Shown piece by piece: positions 18,301 to 24,706 of a stretch of DNA of 64,000 bases. Numbering within the stretch: position 1 is the first letter of the stretch; each line of letters starts with the position of its first letter. Under the pieces are notes generated by a model. The model was not told the origin of the DNA and did not search any database. It saw nothing but the letters and a program-made list of their open reading frames with translations. A program made the translations under genes and the position numbers. This DNA comes from Bacteroidia bacterium (GTDB lineage Bacteria > Bacteroidota > Bacteroidia > 2-12-FULL-35-15), in contig DASVUX010000011.1 in the NCBI GenBank assembly GCA_036386835.1, forward strand, positions 192,291 to 256,290, given 5' to 3'.

Positions 18301-19412
18301 TCATCAGACGCGAGAGACCCCAGGACATAAACGTATGCAGGGTTCGCTGCAGTAACAGCAATTGACAAACGGCCTACTACGGTATTTGCAGGAAGCCCTG
18401 AAGTAATATTTGTAAAAGTTGTACCGCCATTTGCCGAGCGGTAAAAACGTGTTGTACTTGCAGCGTACACAACGGTGGTATCGCCCGGTTTATATTCTAT
18501 GTCTTTTATATTTGCAGCTGCAGTTGCTATCTGAGTCCAGTTAGCTCCGGCATTTATAGTTCTGTAAACCCCATTGCTGGTAGCGGCAAAGATCGTGTTC
18601 GGATTAACAGGGTTCATTAATAAACGGCTGATCACTCTTCCGTTTGTTACAAGCCAGTTCAGTCCTGTAGGTGACCAGGTAGTTCCACCGTTAGTGGATT
18701 TAAGGACACCCACACTGTATGTATCAGATGCGTCACCATCACCTGTAGCGAGGTACATGACCTGGTTATTCGTAGGATGGATCGCCACATCGGTGCAGCC
18801 TATCACGGCAAGATTATCAGTATTGGTTGTCCAGCTCGTACCACCGGTAGTTGATTTCCAAAGGCCTCCGCCGGGGGAACCGACCCAGATCGTATTTGTT
18901 GTTGCAGGATCGAAGCGTACAAAATTTACCCTTCCGGCACCACCGCCACCAGTAGGTATTGATGTTGTCGGGCCGATAATGCTCCAGTTGGCAGCCAGCG
19001 TATTTGGTGTTGGACCTCCTGACATGCCACGGCTCTGGCCGGATGACTGGCTGGAATAAAAGTCTTCGTAATAGTCGTTCATCGCACTGATCATAACAGA
19101 ACGGTCTCCTGTAGGATACACCCGTGGACGCATAAAATCTTCCCAGCGCTTAAACGCTTTCCAGCCCGGAAGTTTTTGCTTCATAATTAAAGGTGCGTGT
19201 CCCGGAGCGCTCGCTGATTTGGTCTGAGTAACAGGACCCGGAACTTCAACGTACACAGCCCTGGAAGGATCTGACCAATACTGTTCAAATGATTGCTGAA
19301 CGGAATAAAAATTCACGGAAGGATCTTCCATCATGCTTTTCCAGCCCTGGGAATAAACTGCAGTACTAATAAGAATGGCTGAGCATAATAAAAAGGGTAT
19401 GCGTTTTTTCAT
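12396..19412 (-). CDS. giant secreted protein (2338 aa): N-terminal BNR/Asp-box beta-propeller region, PKD domain, jelly-roll-like domain, many Ig-like repeat modules, type-A T9SS C-terminal domain
   Basis: Signal peptide MKKRIPFLLCSAILISTAVYSQ. At least 10 BNR-like repeats (STNGGTTWS, SANGGTTFT, STDSGLNFT, STNGGTNWT, TTNSGTAWS, SRNRGTAWT, SPDAGVTWT...). PKD-like WSWTF motif. About 8 modules paralogous to those of the upstream gene (..SPVCxGSxIxLSTPAVxGATYSWxGPASFTSAxQNP..AMAGTYS.TVT.GGC). Several YQWQVNG-type Ig-like modules. C-terminus ..YTIGITNSKSETVKKMIVY. Confidence 0.8.
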   Translation of the reverse strand: MKKRIPFLLCSAILISTAVYSQGWKSMMEDPSVNFYSVQQSFEQYWSDPSRAVYVEVPGPVTQTKSASAPGHAPLIMKQKLPGWKAFKRWEDFMRPRVYPTGDRSVMISAMNDYYEDFYSSQSSGQSRGMSGGPTPNTLAANWSIIGPTTSIPTGGGGAGRVNFVRFDPATTNTIWVGSPGGGLWKSTTGGTSWTTNTDNLAVIGCTDVAIHPTNNQVMYLATGDGDASDTYSVGVLKSTNGGTTWSPTGLNWLVTNGRVISRLLMNPVNPNTIFAATSNGVYRTINAGANWTQIATAAANIKDIEYKPGDTTVVYAASTTRFYRSANGGTTFTNITSGLPANTVVGRLSIAVTAANPAYVYVLGSLASDDGFQGLYRSTDSGLNFTTRATTPNILGWSNTGSDAGGQGWYDLALAASPTNADIVIVGGVNIWRSTNGGTNWTINAHWTGSGAPYVHADCHALEFIPGSSTTYFAGCDGGLFKTTNSGTAWSDLSNGLQIAQIYRIGLSATNANLLLTGWQDNGTNRWSGTTTWSRPLGGDGMEAAIDWSNANVQYGELYYGEINRTTTGGNLTTTIVQSGGTGVNADGDWVTPYILNPQKASTMIVGKAQAYRSRNRGTAWTALGTVTGGTGNICALAYAPTDSNYLYMAKINKFYASVNSGTSFVDRTGTLPVASAAITYITVASNNPAHVWVTFSGYSAANKVWYSPDAGVTWTNYSTGLPNIPANCIVYQNSSPTDVLYVGTDVGVYTRDNSSAAWTAYNTGLPNVSVRELEIHYGASKLRAATFGRGVWQSDLATPGTSPPVADFSANRTNICAGDCINFTDLSSGAPTGWSWTFTGAVTTSSTLQNPTNICYNTPGTYNVTLTATNTNGSNPITKTGYIVVSGTSALPLAEGFQGPYLPAGWYQTNADTDVTWAQSTAVGGFGTSTSSVAMDNYSPAASIVGTIDEIITPKYSFASVTSAQLTFDVAYARYNGTYTDSLIVYISTNCGVTWTPVYNKGGYTGLQTAPDNATSMFVPTNTQWRTETVNLSSYAGQANVTLKFTSRSGWGQMLYLDNINLTGAGSPTASVSIAQTTGTNPICAGALAVFTATPVNGGTTPSYQWKVNGANVGTNSATYSTSTLTSGQVVTCQMTSNLPGVTGSPATSNAITMTVNALPATPAPASNSPVCSGTPINLSTAAVSGATYSWSGPASFTSALQNPSLASATSAMAGTYSLTVTAGGCTSVAGTVAVTVNSTPAAPAVTASSPVCAGSAISLSTPAITGATYSWTGPASFTSAVQNPTRPSATAAMAGTYSLTITVGGCASAAGTAVVVVNAVPATPAVTASSPVCEGSVITLSTPAVAGAVYAWSGPASFTSAVQNPTRPAATAAMAGTYSVTVTSGGCTSAAGTANVIVNPTPAAPAAANNGPVCSGSALNLTTGTITGATYSWSGPLSFTSALQNPSLTSATAAMSGTYSLTITVGGCTSAAGTTVATVNQTPATPVVTTNSPLCSGATINLSTPAVTGAAYSWTGPGSFTSTAQNPARAGATVAMSGTYSVTVATNGCSSPAGTATVTVNATPTAPIANINGSTTPAAVCAGGTITLTSNSIAGAVYSWTGPNSYSASVRNPPALTNATSAMAGTYSLSVTVNGCQSNISTVSIGVTPIPSTPTASSNTPVCTGTSINLSTPAVVGAGYSWTGPSFTSALQNPTRPSATAAMAGTYSVTVTVSGCTSLAGTTVVAVNSTVTPGVSVVQTGGTNPLCAGSNVVFTATPANGGTSPVYQWQVNGSNVGSNSTTYSSSQLANGQVVTCTMTSSSGCASPASVTSTGITMTVNPVPSAPVAGSNAPVCAGTSINFTASTVAGASYSWSGPGSFSSTLQNPSRSPATAAMAGTYSVTVTASGCTSPAGTTTVTVNPGVTPAITITQTSGSNPMCAGSAASFTAVATNGGSSPAYQWLLNGSNAGTGISYSNSALTDADIISCVLTSNATCASPATIASNAITMTVNPVVIPSLTVSIASGSNPMCNGQPITFQASGNNGGNSPAYQWQVNGVNAGSNAAVYSSSTLADGDVVSCTMTSGAVCASPAAATSAGITMSVGTNVTPSVMISVSPSNIICAGDPVTFSSSVNNEGGSPVYQWQVNSVAAGSNSPAFSSSALNNGDVVTCTLTSSLLCATPSAAASNSIGMMVNPVPPAPAITQSGSVLSSSAASGNQWYLNGSPIAGATGQNYTFLANGNYTVIVTVNGCSSVSSAVTSVTTVGISEGAAANEFMVYPNPNNGEFSLSFFSNEKADYRIEIMNALGQKVYSETLNDFTGSYIRQLTVTEFGQGIYTIGITNSKSETVKKMIVY
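14250..15950. repeat. intragenic diverged tandem repeats (about 7 x 243 bp) inside the 2338-aa gene, paralogous to the repeats at 8040-9500; coordinates approximate
   Basis: Protein modules NxxPAxPAxxxxSPVCxGSxIxLSTPAVxGATYSWxGPASFTSAxQNPxxxSATxAMAGTYSxTVTxGGCxSxAGTxxVxV. Confidence 0.55.
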
Positions 19413-19749
19413 AGCATTTTATTTTAACGGAATAACGAATCTAATTTTTAATTCGCGTATTATCAAGTTTTTATATCGCTTTTAGACGAATAATCTGTTT
19501 TAATAGACAATATTTTAAAACCGCACAGAATCCTTATAATAAAGGAAAGCTGATTAGTCCGAAAGTGGGTTGATTCTCTTTTTACTATTGAAAGCTATCT
19601 GTTTTGCCTTGTTTCTGCCATCTGGCATGTTTTTAGAAACTGATGATTTGGTTTAAACATTCTGATGTTGATTACTTTATTTCGATATTCTGAATGCCGA
19701 GTATTTGTTTTATAGCTTTATCAAAACATTTTTAAAACGTTCTGTATTT

Positions 19750-21081
19750 ATGGTGAAAGAGAAAAAAATTTTCGTTCTTGATACGTCTGTTATCATTTAT
19801 GATCACATGGCGGTTAAAAATTTCAAGGAACATGATGTTGTAATACCCATTACTGTTTTGGAAGAGCTCGACAATTTCAAAAAAGGGAATGACACAAAAA
19901 ACTTCGCTGCAAGAGAATTCACACGCTATATCGATAAGATCTCAATGGGGAACACTCTCCAGGACTGGATCAACATTAATGGCAAAGGCCATGGAATGAT
20001 CAAGATAGAGATGCATACTAGTTCGAAGATCGATGCTGAAAAGATCTTCGGGGAAAGGAAAGGCGATCACCGGATCCTGAATACAGCAATGTATGTTGCC
20101 GAACAATATCCTAAAAGGAAAGTAGTGATGGTGACCAAGGATATCAACCTTCGCATCAAGGCCAAATCTTTAAAGCTTACTGCTGAAGATTATGAAACAG
20201 GGAAGATCAAGGATGTAAATGAACAGCTTTATACCGGCAGGAGTGAGATCCAGAAGGTTGCTCCCGAAGTGATCAATGAGATCTACGAAAAAGGATTTTG
20301 CGAAACATCAAAACTTCTCAAGAAGCAGAAACCTTCTTCCAATCATTTCTATACGCTGAAGAACGGCTCTAAATCTGTTCTCGCGTCATACAGCCCAACA
20401 AAAGATGTCATTGAACGCGTTAAAAAAGTTACTGCCTTCGGGATCAACCCAAGAAATGCGGAACAGGCTTTTGCACTTGATGCCATTTTAAATCCCAACA
20501 TAAAACTTGTTTCTATACAAGGTGTTGCCGGAACAGGAAAAACCTTGTTATCCCTTGCTGGCGCGCTGGAGCAAAGGCGAAACTATCACCAGATCTATCT
20601 TGCGCGGCCGATCGTTCCGCTGAGCAACAAGGACATAGGTTATTTACCGGGAGATATTAAATCGAAGCTGAACCCATATATGGAACCGTTATGGGATAAC
20701 CTTAAATATATAAAAAACCAGTTCAGCGAAAAGGACCGGGAGTATAAGCAGATCAATGAAATGGTGGAACATGAGAAGCTTGTTGTATGCCCGCTTGCTT
20801 ATATCCGTGGAAGAAGCTTATCCGATGTATTCTTTATCGTTGACGAAGCTCAGAACCTGACCCCGCATGAAGTTAAAACTATTATTTCACGCGCAGGAGA
20901 AAACACTAAGATGATCTTCACAGGTGATATCTACCAGATAGATACTCCATATCTTGATACTCAGAGTAATGGATTGTCCTACCTGATTGACAAACTTAAA
21001 GATCAAAACCTGTACGCTCACATTACACTCGAAAAAGGTGAGCGCTCGGAACTGGCAAATCTTGCCAATGAATTCCTCTAG
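19750..21081 (+). CDS. PhoH-like ATPase with N-terminal PIN domain (YlaK-type)
   Basis: N-terminal PIN-like KKIFVLDTSVIIYD...VIPITVLEELD. Walker A GVAGTGKTLLSLAGA; Walker B FFIVDEAQNL. The longest ORF begins at 19705 (MFYSFIK...), but the in-frame ATG at 19750 (MVKEKKIFVLDTSV) matches typical PIN N-termini. Confidence 0.85.
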   Translation: MVKEKKIFVLDTSVIIYDHMAVKNFKEHDVVIPITVLEELDNFKKGNDTKNFAAREFTRYIDKISMGNTLQDWININGKGHGMIKIEMHTSSKIDAEKIFGERKGDHRILNTAMYVAEQYPKRKVVMVTKDINLRIKAKSLKLTAEDYETGKIKDVNEQLYTGRSEIQKVAPEVINEIYEKGFCETSKLLKKQKPSSNHFYTLKNGSKSVLASYSPTKDVIERVKKVTAFGINPRNAEQAFALDAILNPNIKLVSIQGVAGTGKTLLSLAGALEQRRNYHQIYLARPIVPLSNKDIGYLPGDIKSKLNPYMEPLWDNLKYIKNQFSEKDREYKQINEMVEHEKLVVCPLAYIRGRSLSDVFFIVDEAQNLTPHEVKTIISRAGENTKMIFTGDIYQIDTPYLDTQSNGLSYLIDKLKDQNLYAHITLEKGERSELANLANEFL

Positions 21082-21100
21082 GAACATAAAGAAAAATAAA

Positions 21101-21140
21101 ACGCTCCTGCTGGTCAACCGGCAGGAGCGTTTTTATTTTT
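21101..21140. terminator. bidirectional rho-independent terminator between the convergent PhoH-like gene and the propeller T9SS cargo gene
   Basis: Hairpin acgctcctgctgg-tcaa-ccggcaggagcgt (one mismatch) at 21101-21130. It is flanked by an A-run upstream and ttttattttt downstream, so it is usable on both strands. Confidence 0.65.
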
Positions 21141-21145
21141 AAAGG

Positions 21146-22234
21146 CTATTCCGAGATAATAATTCTTTTCGTTTCAAGATAAGAATCCGTTTCTACCTTC
21201 AGCAGGTATGTTCCGGGCGCAAGTCCGGACCTGCTGAAAAAAGTCGTCTGTTTTCCTGCCGCTTGATTTTCATTAACAATGGTTTTCACAAGAGCGCCTT
21301 TTACATCGAATAATTCTATCAGTACATTGCTGTTTTCACGTAATACATAATTAAGTTCCGCTGTTTTTACCAGCGGGTTCGGATTTACCGAGACATTTAG
21401 TTTTCCTGTAAGTAAAGCATCCTCAACCGTGGTACTGCTTCCGAAATAATGATACGTGGTATTGTTTGCAGCAACATTCGGAACCCCCAGTGTATCGGTA
21501 ACTGTATTATAAAAGATATCCGCCGGGTTACTTACCCCGGTCGGCACTACAACTGATGATGAAGAAAATGTATTGTTGAAGCGGGTGATTTTACTTCCAT
21601 TTGACCATGAAGACACATAATAATTTCCCGAGCCATCTTTAGCTATCCCATCACAATTTCCCAGGGAGGTTGCAGTAAGGATCGAAGTGGTAGAGTCGGC
21701 AAGGTTCACCTGCCTGATGGCTGCGGATGTGCCCCAGCTAACGAACACGCATCTGTTGTTAGGTTGATCAAAAATAATTCCGTTCGGTTTTGCTGTCAAT
21801 CCGCTGACAAAAGTAGTATATGTCTGAGCAGCAATATTAATCCTGTATATTTTATAACCATTAAAATCAGTAACGAAGAGATTTCCGTTATTGTCATGAG
21901 TAATGCCATTCAGGAAGGCAGCACCTGTAACTGTTAAATTCATCACCTGTGCTGCCGATGTGAGATCGTACCCTTTCACGTGGTTGCTTTGGTCACAAAC
22001 ATAAAGAACCGAACCAACTATTTCTATCCCGTATGGAGAACTTGGCAATGCTGTGAATACAGACAGGGCACCATTTGCGCTGTTCCTCGCCAGAATATTC
22101 CCTCCGCCTGTATTAGAGATGAGCCAGCGGTTATTAGCATAATCGAACTCTATACTCTCAGGACTATTATACGTTTGGGAATAAGCGCCAAGCGAAAGAA
22201 GTACGCCCGACAGGTAAAGGAAATTTTTTATCAT
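21146..22234 (-). CDS. secreted beta-propeller-like protein (NHL/SMP-30-like repeats, tentative) with type-A T9SS C-terminal domain
   Basis: The start is refined to the internal ATG giving MIKNFLYLSGVLLSLGAYSQ, a signal peptide. Repetitive blocks such as LYVCDQSNHVKGYDL, LFVTDFNGYKIYRI and YYVSSWSNGSKITRF. C-terminal ~80 aa ..LIELFDVKGALVKTIVNE...GTYLLKVETDSYLETKRIIISE resembles Por_Secre_tail. Confidence 0.65.
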   Translation of the reverse strand: MIKNFLYLSGVLLSLGAYSQTYNSPESIEFDYANNRWLISNTGGGNILARNSANGALSVFTALPSSPYGIEIVGSVLYVCDQSNHVKGYDLTSAAQVMNLTVTGAAFLNGITHDNNGNLFVTDFNGYKIYRINIAAQTYTTFVSGLTAKPNGIIFDQPNNRCVFVSWGTSAAIRQVNLADSTTSILTATSLGNCDGIAKDGSGNYYVSSWSNGSKITRFNNTFSSSSVVVPTGVSNPADIFYNTVTDTLGVPNVAANNTTYHYFGSSTTVEDALLTGKLNVSVNPNPLVKTAELNYVLRENSNVLIELFDVKGALVKTIVNENQAAGKQTTFFSRSGLAPGTYLLKVETDSYLETKRIIISE

Positions 22235-22265
22235 TTTGTTTGTTAAGTTGAAGGTATATAATCGA

Positions 22266-22475
22266 TTAGCTTTCTGATATTTCTTCCAGGTCCATCTTAC
22301 AAACCGGGCATTGCCCTGCTTTATCAAATTTTTCCTCTGTGCATTTCATCGGGCATTGATACTGGGTTTTTATATGTTCGTCTTCAACCTTTGCCGGTTC
22401 GGCACTTTGACTGCAACTAACAGCCAGAACAAGCGTAACAAAATACATTGTCAATATTAGGGTATGTTTTCTCAT
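22266..22475 (-). CDS. small lipoprotein with a four-Cys heavy-metal-binding domain (HMBD-like)
   Basis: Lipobox VLAVSC. Motif YQCPMKC....AGQCPVCKMDL matches the CPMxC...CPxCxM pattern of the N-terminal metal-binding domains of Bacteroidota CusB/CzcB-like and stand-alone HMBD proteins. Confidence 0.5.
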   Translation of the reverse strand: MRKHTLILTMYFVTLVLAVSCSQSAEPAKVEDEHIKTQYQCPMKCTEEKFDKAGQCPVCKMDLEEISES

Positions 22476-22586
22476 TGGCAGCAGAATTAAAGTTTATTAT
22501 TGACCAAATTACAGAAATTTATTAACAAGGGAAATTTTCGAAAACTTATAATTATATTTGTATTTCGCGTTTAACAATCATATCGA

Positions 22587-22877
22587 ATGAAAAGAATTTT
22601 ACTGCTGACTTTGCTTTTTACCGGAATATCTACCTTTTCTCATGCACAGTCTGCAGGGAAAGGCAGCAGTGAAAAATCTGGCGGGTTTTTCAGCCGGATT
22701 TTCAAGAAGGAGCAAAAACCTCATGGTCAGATGCGCCATTTTGATAAGCAGAAAAAAGATCCGAAAATGAAAAATAACGGTACGTCTTACCGGAGGAACC
22801 GTAAAAGCAAATACAATGTTGATGGAGATGGTTTTGGTACCGCAGGCCAGGGAAAGCAAAAGCGAAGAAGAAAATAA
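22587..22877 (+). CDS. hypothetical small secreted, highly basic protein (96 aa)
   Basis: Signal peptide MKRILLLTLLFTGISTFSHAQ. Lys/Arg/Gly-rich mature part ending GKQKRRRK. A hairpin terminator follows. Confidence 0.45.
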   Translation: MKRILLLTLLFTGISTFSHAQSAGKGSSEKSGGFFSRIFKKEQKPHGQMRHFDKQKKDPKMKNNGTSYRRNRKSKYNVDGDGFGTAGQGKQKRRRK

Positions 22878-22891
22878 TATTTAATCCAAAT

Positions 22892-22925
22892 AAAAGATCC
22901 GTTTAAAACGGATCTTTTTATTTTA
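22892..22925 (+). terminator. rho-independent terminator after the small basic protein gene
   Basis: Stem aaaagatccgt / acggatctttt (22892-22902 and 22908-22918) with loop ttaaa, followed by ttatttt. Confidence 0.5.
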
Positions 22926-22978
22926 CTTCTATCATCGTTGAATCCACATACTTCATAGCAAGCATATAATAGTATCGA

Positions 22979-23773
22979 CTACCGAACATTCCACAGATTT
23001 ACTGAGAAGCGGGACTCCAGTTCATTTTCAAGGGAATCGGGAAGCGCAGGAAAGAAATCGATCCCGGTTAAATGCTCAACAGAGTCAATGCTCACAGCGT
23101 AATTGAAAACAGAAACTTTATTTGCGCAATTGGGCATCACAAAAGCGATAGCCTTTAATTCAGGCGGCTTTGCATCCAGAACGACCTTGTAATAAAATTC
23201 AGGCACTGAAACTTTGTTCCCGCCTATTGATTTTAAGTTCCCGTTCAGTACGCCTGCAGTAACTACGAACACCTCTTCATTATCTTTTGCCCACTGCCTC
23301 ACATTCCCTTCAAGTTTTTTCCAGATGCCCCTGTTAAATGCCGGCAACTGAGGACTCATATTGCTCATCAGGAATGATTCGCTCATGGCAACATCATTCC
23401 AGGCCATATCACCGGCAGGACAAAGATGGCCGCGGTCATAGCCTGACTTTCTGTAATCCGCAGGGCTGGCTGAGCCTGTTAATACATCATTGTCAGCCCT
23501 GAAATCATCACCGCGTTCCTCGGAATTATTCAAACACATAGCGGCTGTGAGACGATAGGCAACCCACTGTGCCTGTTCATGATGTTCATTGTAACAAACA
23601 GAAAATGCTTTATGACTGATAACCAGTTCATCAACTGAATGCTTTGGCACAAAATTTTCCCTGAAAGTTTCCAGGCTGTCACCAAAAGGCCCACATCTGT
23701 AAGCCCTGCTTTTACTGAAGGGAAAAGTCCATGCAATGCAAACGACAAATAAAAGGGGGAATGATTTTCTCAA
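22979..23773 (-). CDS. secreted DNA/RNA non-specific endonuclease (Serratia NucA / EndoG family)
   Basis: Signal peptide MRKSFPLLFVVCIAWTFPFS. The family active-site motif DRGHLCPAGD (DRGH), with a downstream N-x-x-PQ...N region. Confidence 0.8.
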   Translation of the reverse strand: MRKSFPLLFVVCIAWTFPFSKSRAYRCGPFGDSLETFRENFVPKHSVDELVISHKAFSVCYNEHHEQAQWVAYRLTAAMCLNNSEERGDDFRADNDVLTGSASPADYRKSGYDRGHLCPAGDMAWNDVAMSESFLMSNMSPQLPAFNRGIWKKLEGNVRQWAKDNEEVFVVTAGVLNGNLKSIGGNKVSVPEFYYKVVLDAKPPELKAIAFVMPNCANKVSVFNYAVSIDSVEHLTGIDFFPALPDSLENELESRFSVNLWNVR

Positions 23774-23825
23774 AAACAGCTTACATTTACAAAGTTGAAA
23801 TAATGTGATTAAATATACAAAATAG

Positions 23826-24323
23826 ATGAAAACGCTTTACATAGTCCGTCATGCAAAATCTGATAAAGATAATACCACCCTCGAAGATATAGACAGGCCG
23901 CTGAATGCAAGAGGATATCCTGATGCGCATGCAATGGCCTTAAAGCTGAAGGCTGCCGGGGAAACACCGGAGCTGATGATCTCAAGTCCTGCCATCCGTG
24001 CACTGACAACCGCTCTGATCTTCGCAAGAAAATTCAACTATGATACAAAGAAGATAATCCTGGAAGACAGTCTGTATGAAACAGGTATGGAAGAATATAT
24101 GAATGTGATCCATAATACACCGGACTCCTATTCCACGGTAATGATCTTCGGGCATAATTCCACGATCTCTTCATTGGTGAACACATTAACCAAACCGTTT
24201 ACCGACAATGTACCCACATGCGGCATCATCGCAATTTCATTTCCCGGATCAAGCTGGAAGGATGTGGCGAAAGGGGCGGGTAAACTTGCATTATATGATT
24301 TTCCCAAAAACTTACAGCGTTAA
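23826..24323 (+). CDS. histidine phosphatase family protein (SixA-like phosphohistidine phosphatase)
   Basis: N-terminal LYIVRHAKSD (the RHG/RHA catalytic motif of the phosphoglycerate mutase-like fold). 165 aa is typical of SixA. A second conserved His lies in FGHNS. Confidence 0.75.
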   Translation: MKTLYIVRHAKSDKDNTTLEDIDRPLNARGYPDAHAMALKLKAAGETPELMISSPAIRALTTALIFARKFNYDTKKIILEDSLYETGMEEYMNVIHNTPDSYSTVMIFGHNSTISSLVNTLTKPFTDNVPTCGIIAISFPGSSWKDVAKGAGKLALYDFPKNLQR

Positions 24324-24399
24324 TTAAATGTTAAGGTTTAACACACCTGGTTTTTGCATCAGTTTTTTTATGATTTTTAATTAATCAATTTTAACCCAC

Positions 24400-24672
24400 A
24401 TGGACAAAAAAGCACTTCGTAAAGAATTAGAACTTGCATTGGTGAAATCAATCGAGGAAACCCTTAATAAACGCAATGCAATTGCAGGAAAGCAGATTAA
24501 AAAGAAGATAGAGGATGCTTCCAAAACTGTTGCTAAAAAATTCTTCAAGGTAATTAAAGAATTAAGCGCTGCGAATGCTTCAAAATCAGCTTCTGTAAAA
24601 AAGGCTCCTCTGAAGAAAGCTGCGCCTGCTAAGAAAACCAGTATAAAGCCTGCGGCTAAGAGGAAAAAATAA
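24400..24672 (+). CDS. small Lys/Ala-rich basic protein, histone H1-like
   Basis: 90 aa. The C-terminal tail KKAPLKKAAPAKKTSIKPAAKRKK is typical of bacterial histone H1-like/Hc1-type nucleoid proteins. It sits directly upstream of ppk1. Confidence 0.5.
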   Translation: MDKKALRKELELALVKSIEETLNKRNAIAGKQIKKKIEDASKTVAKKFFKVIKELSAANASKSASVKKAPLKKAAPAKKTSIKPAAKRKK

Positions 24673-24706
24673 ACCGTATCTTAGTTTTGTTTTTAGCAGC
24701 TGATTT

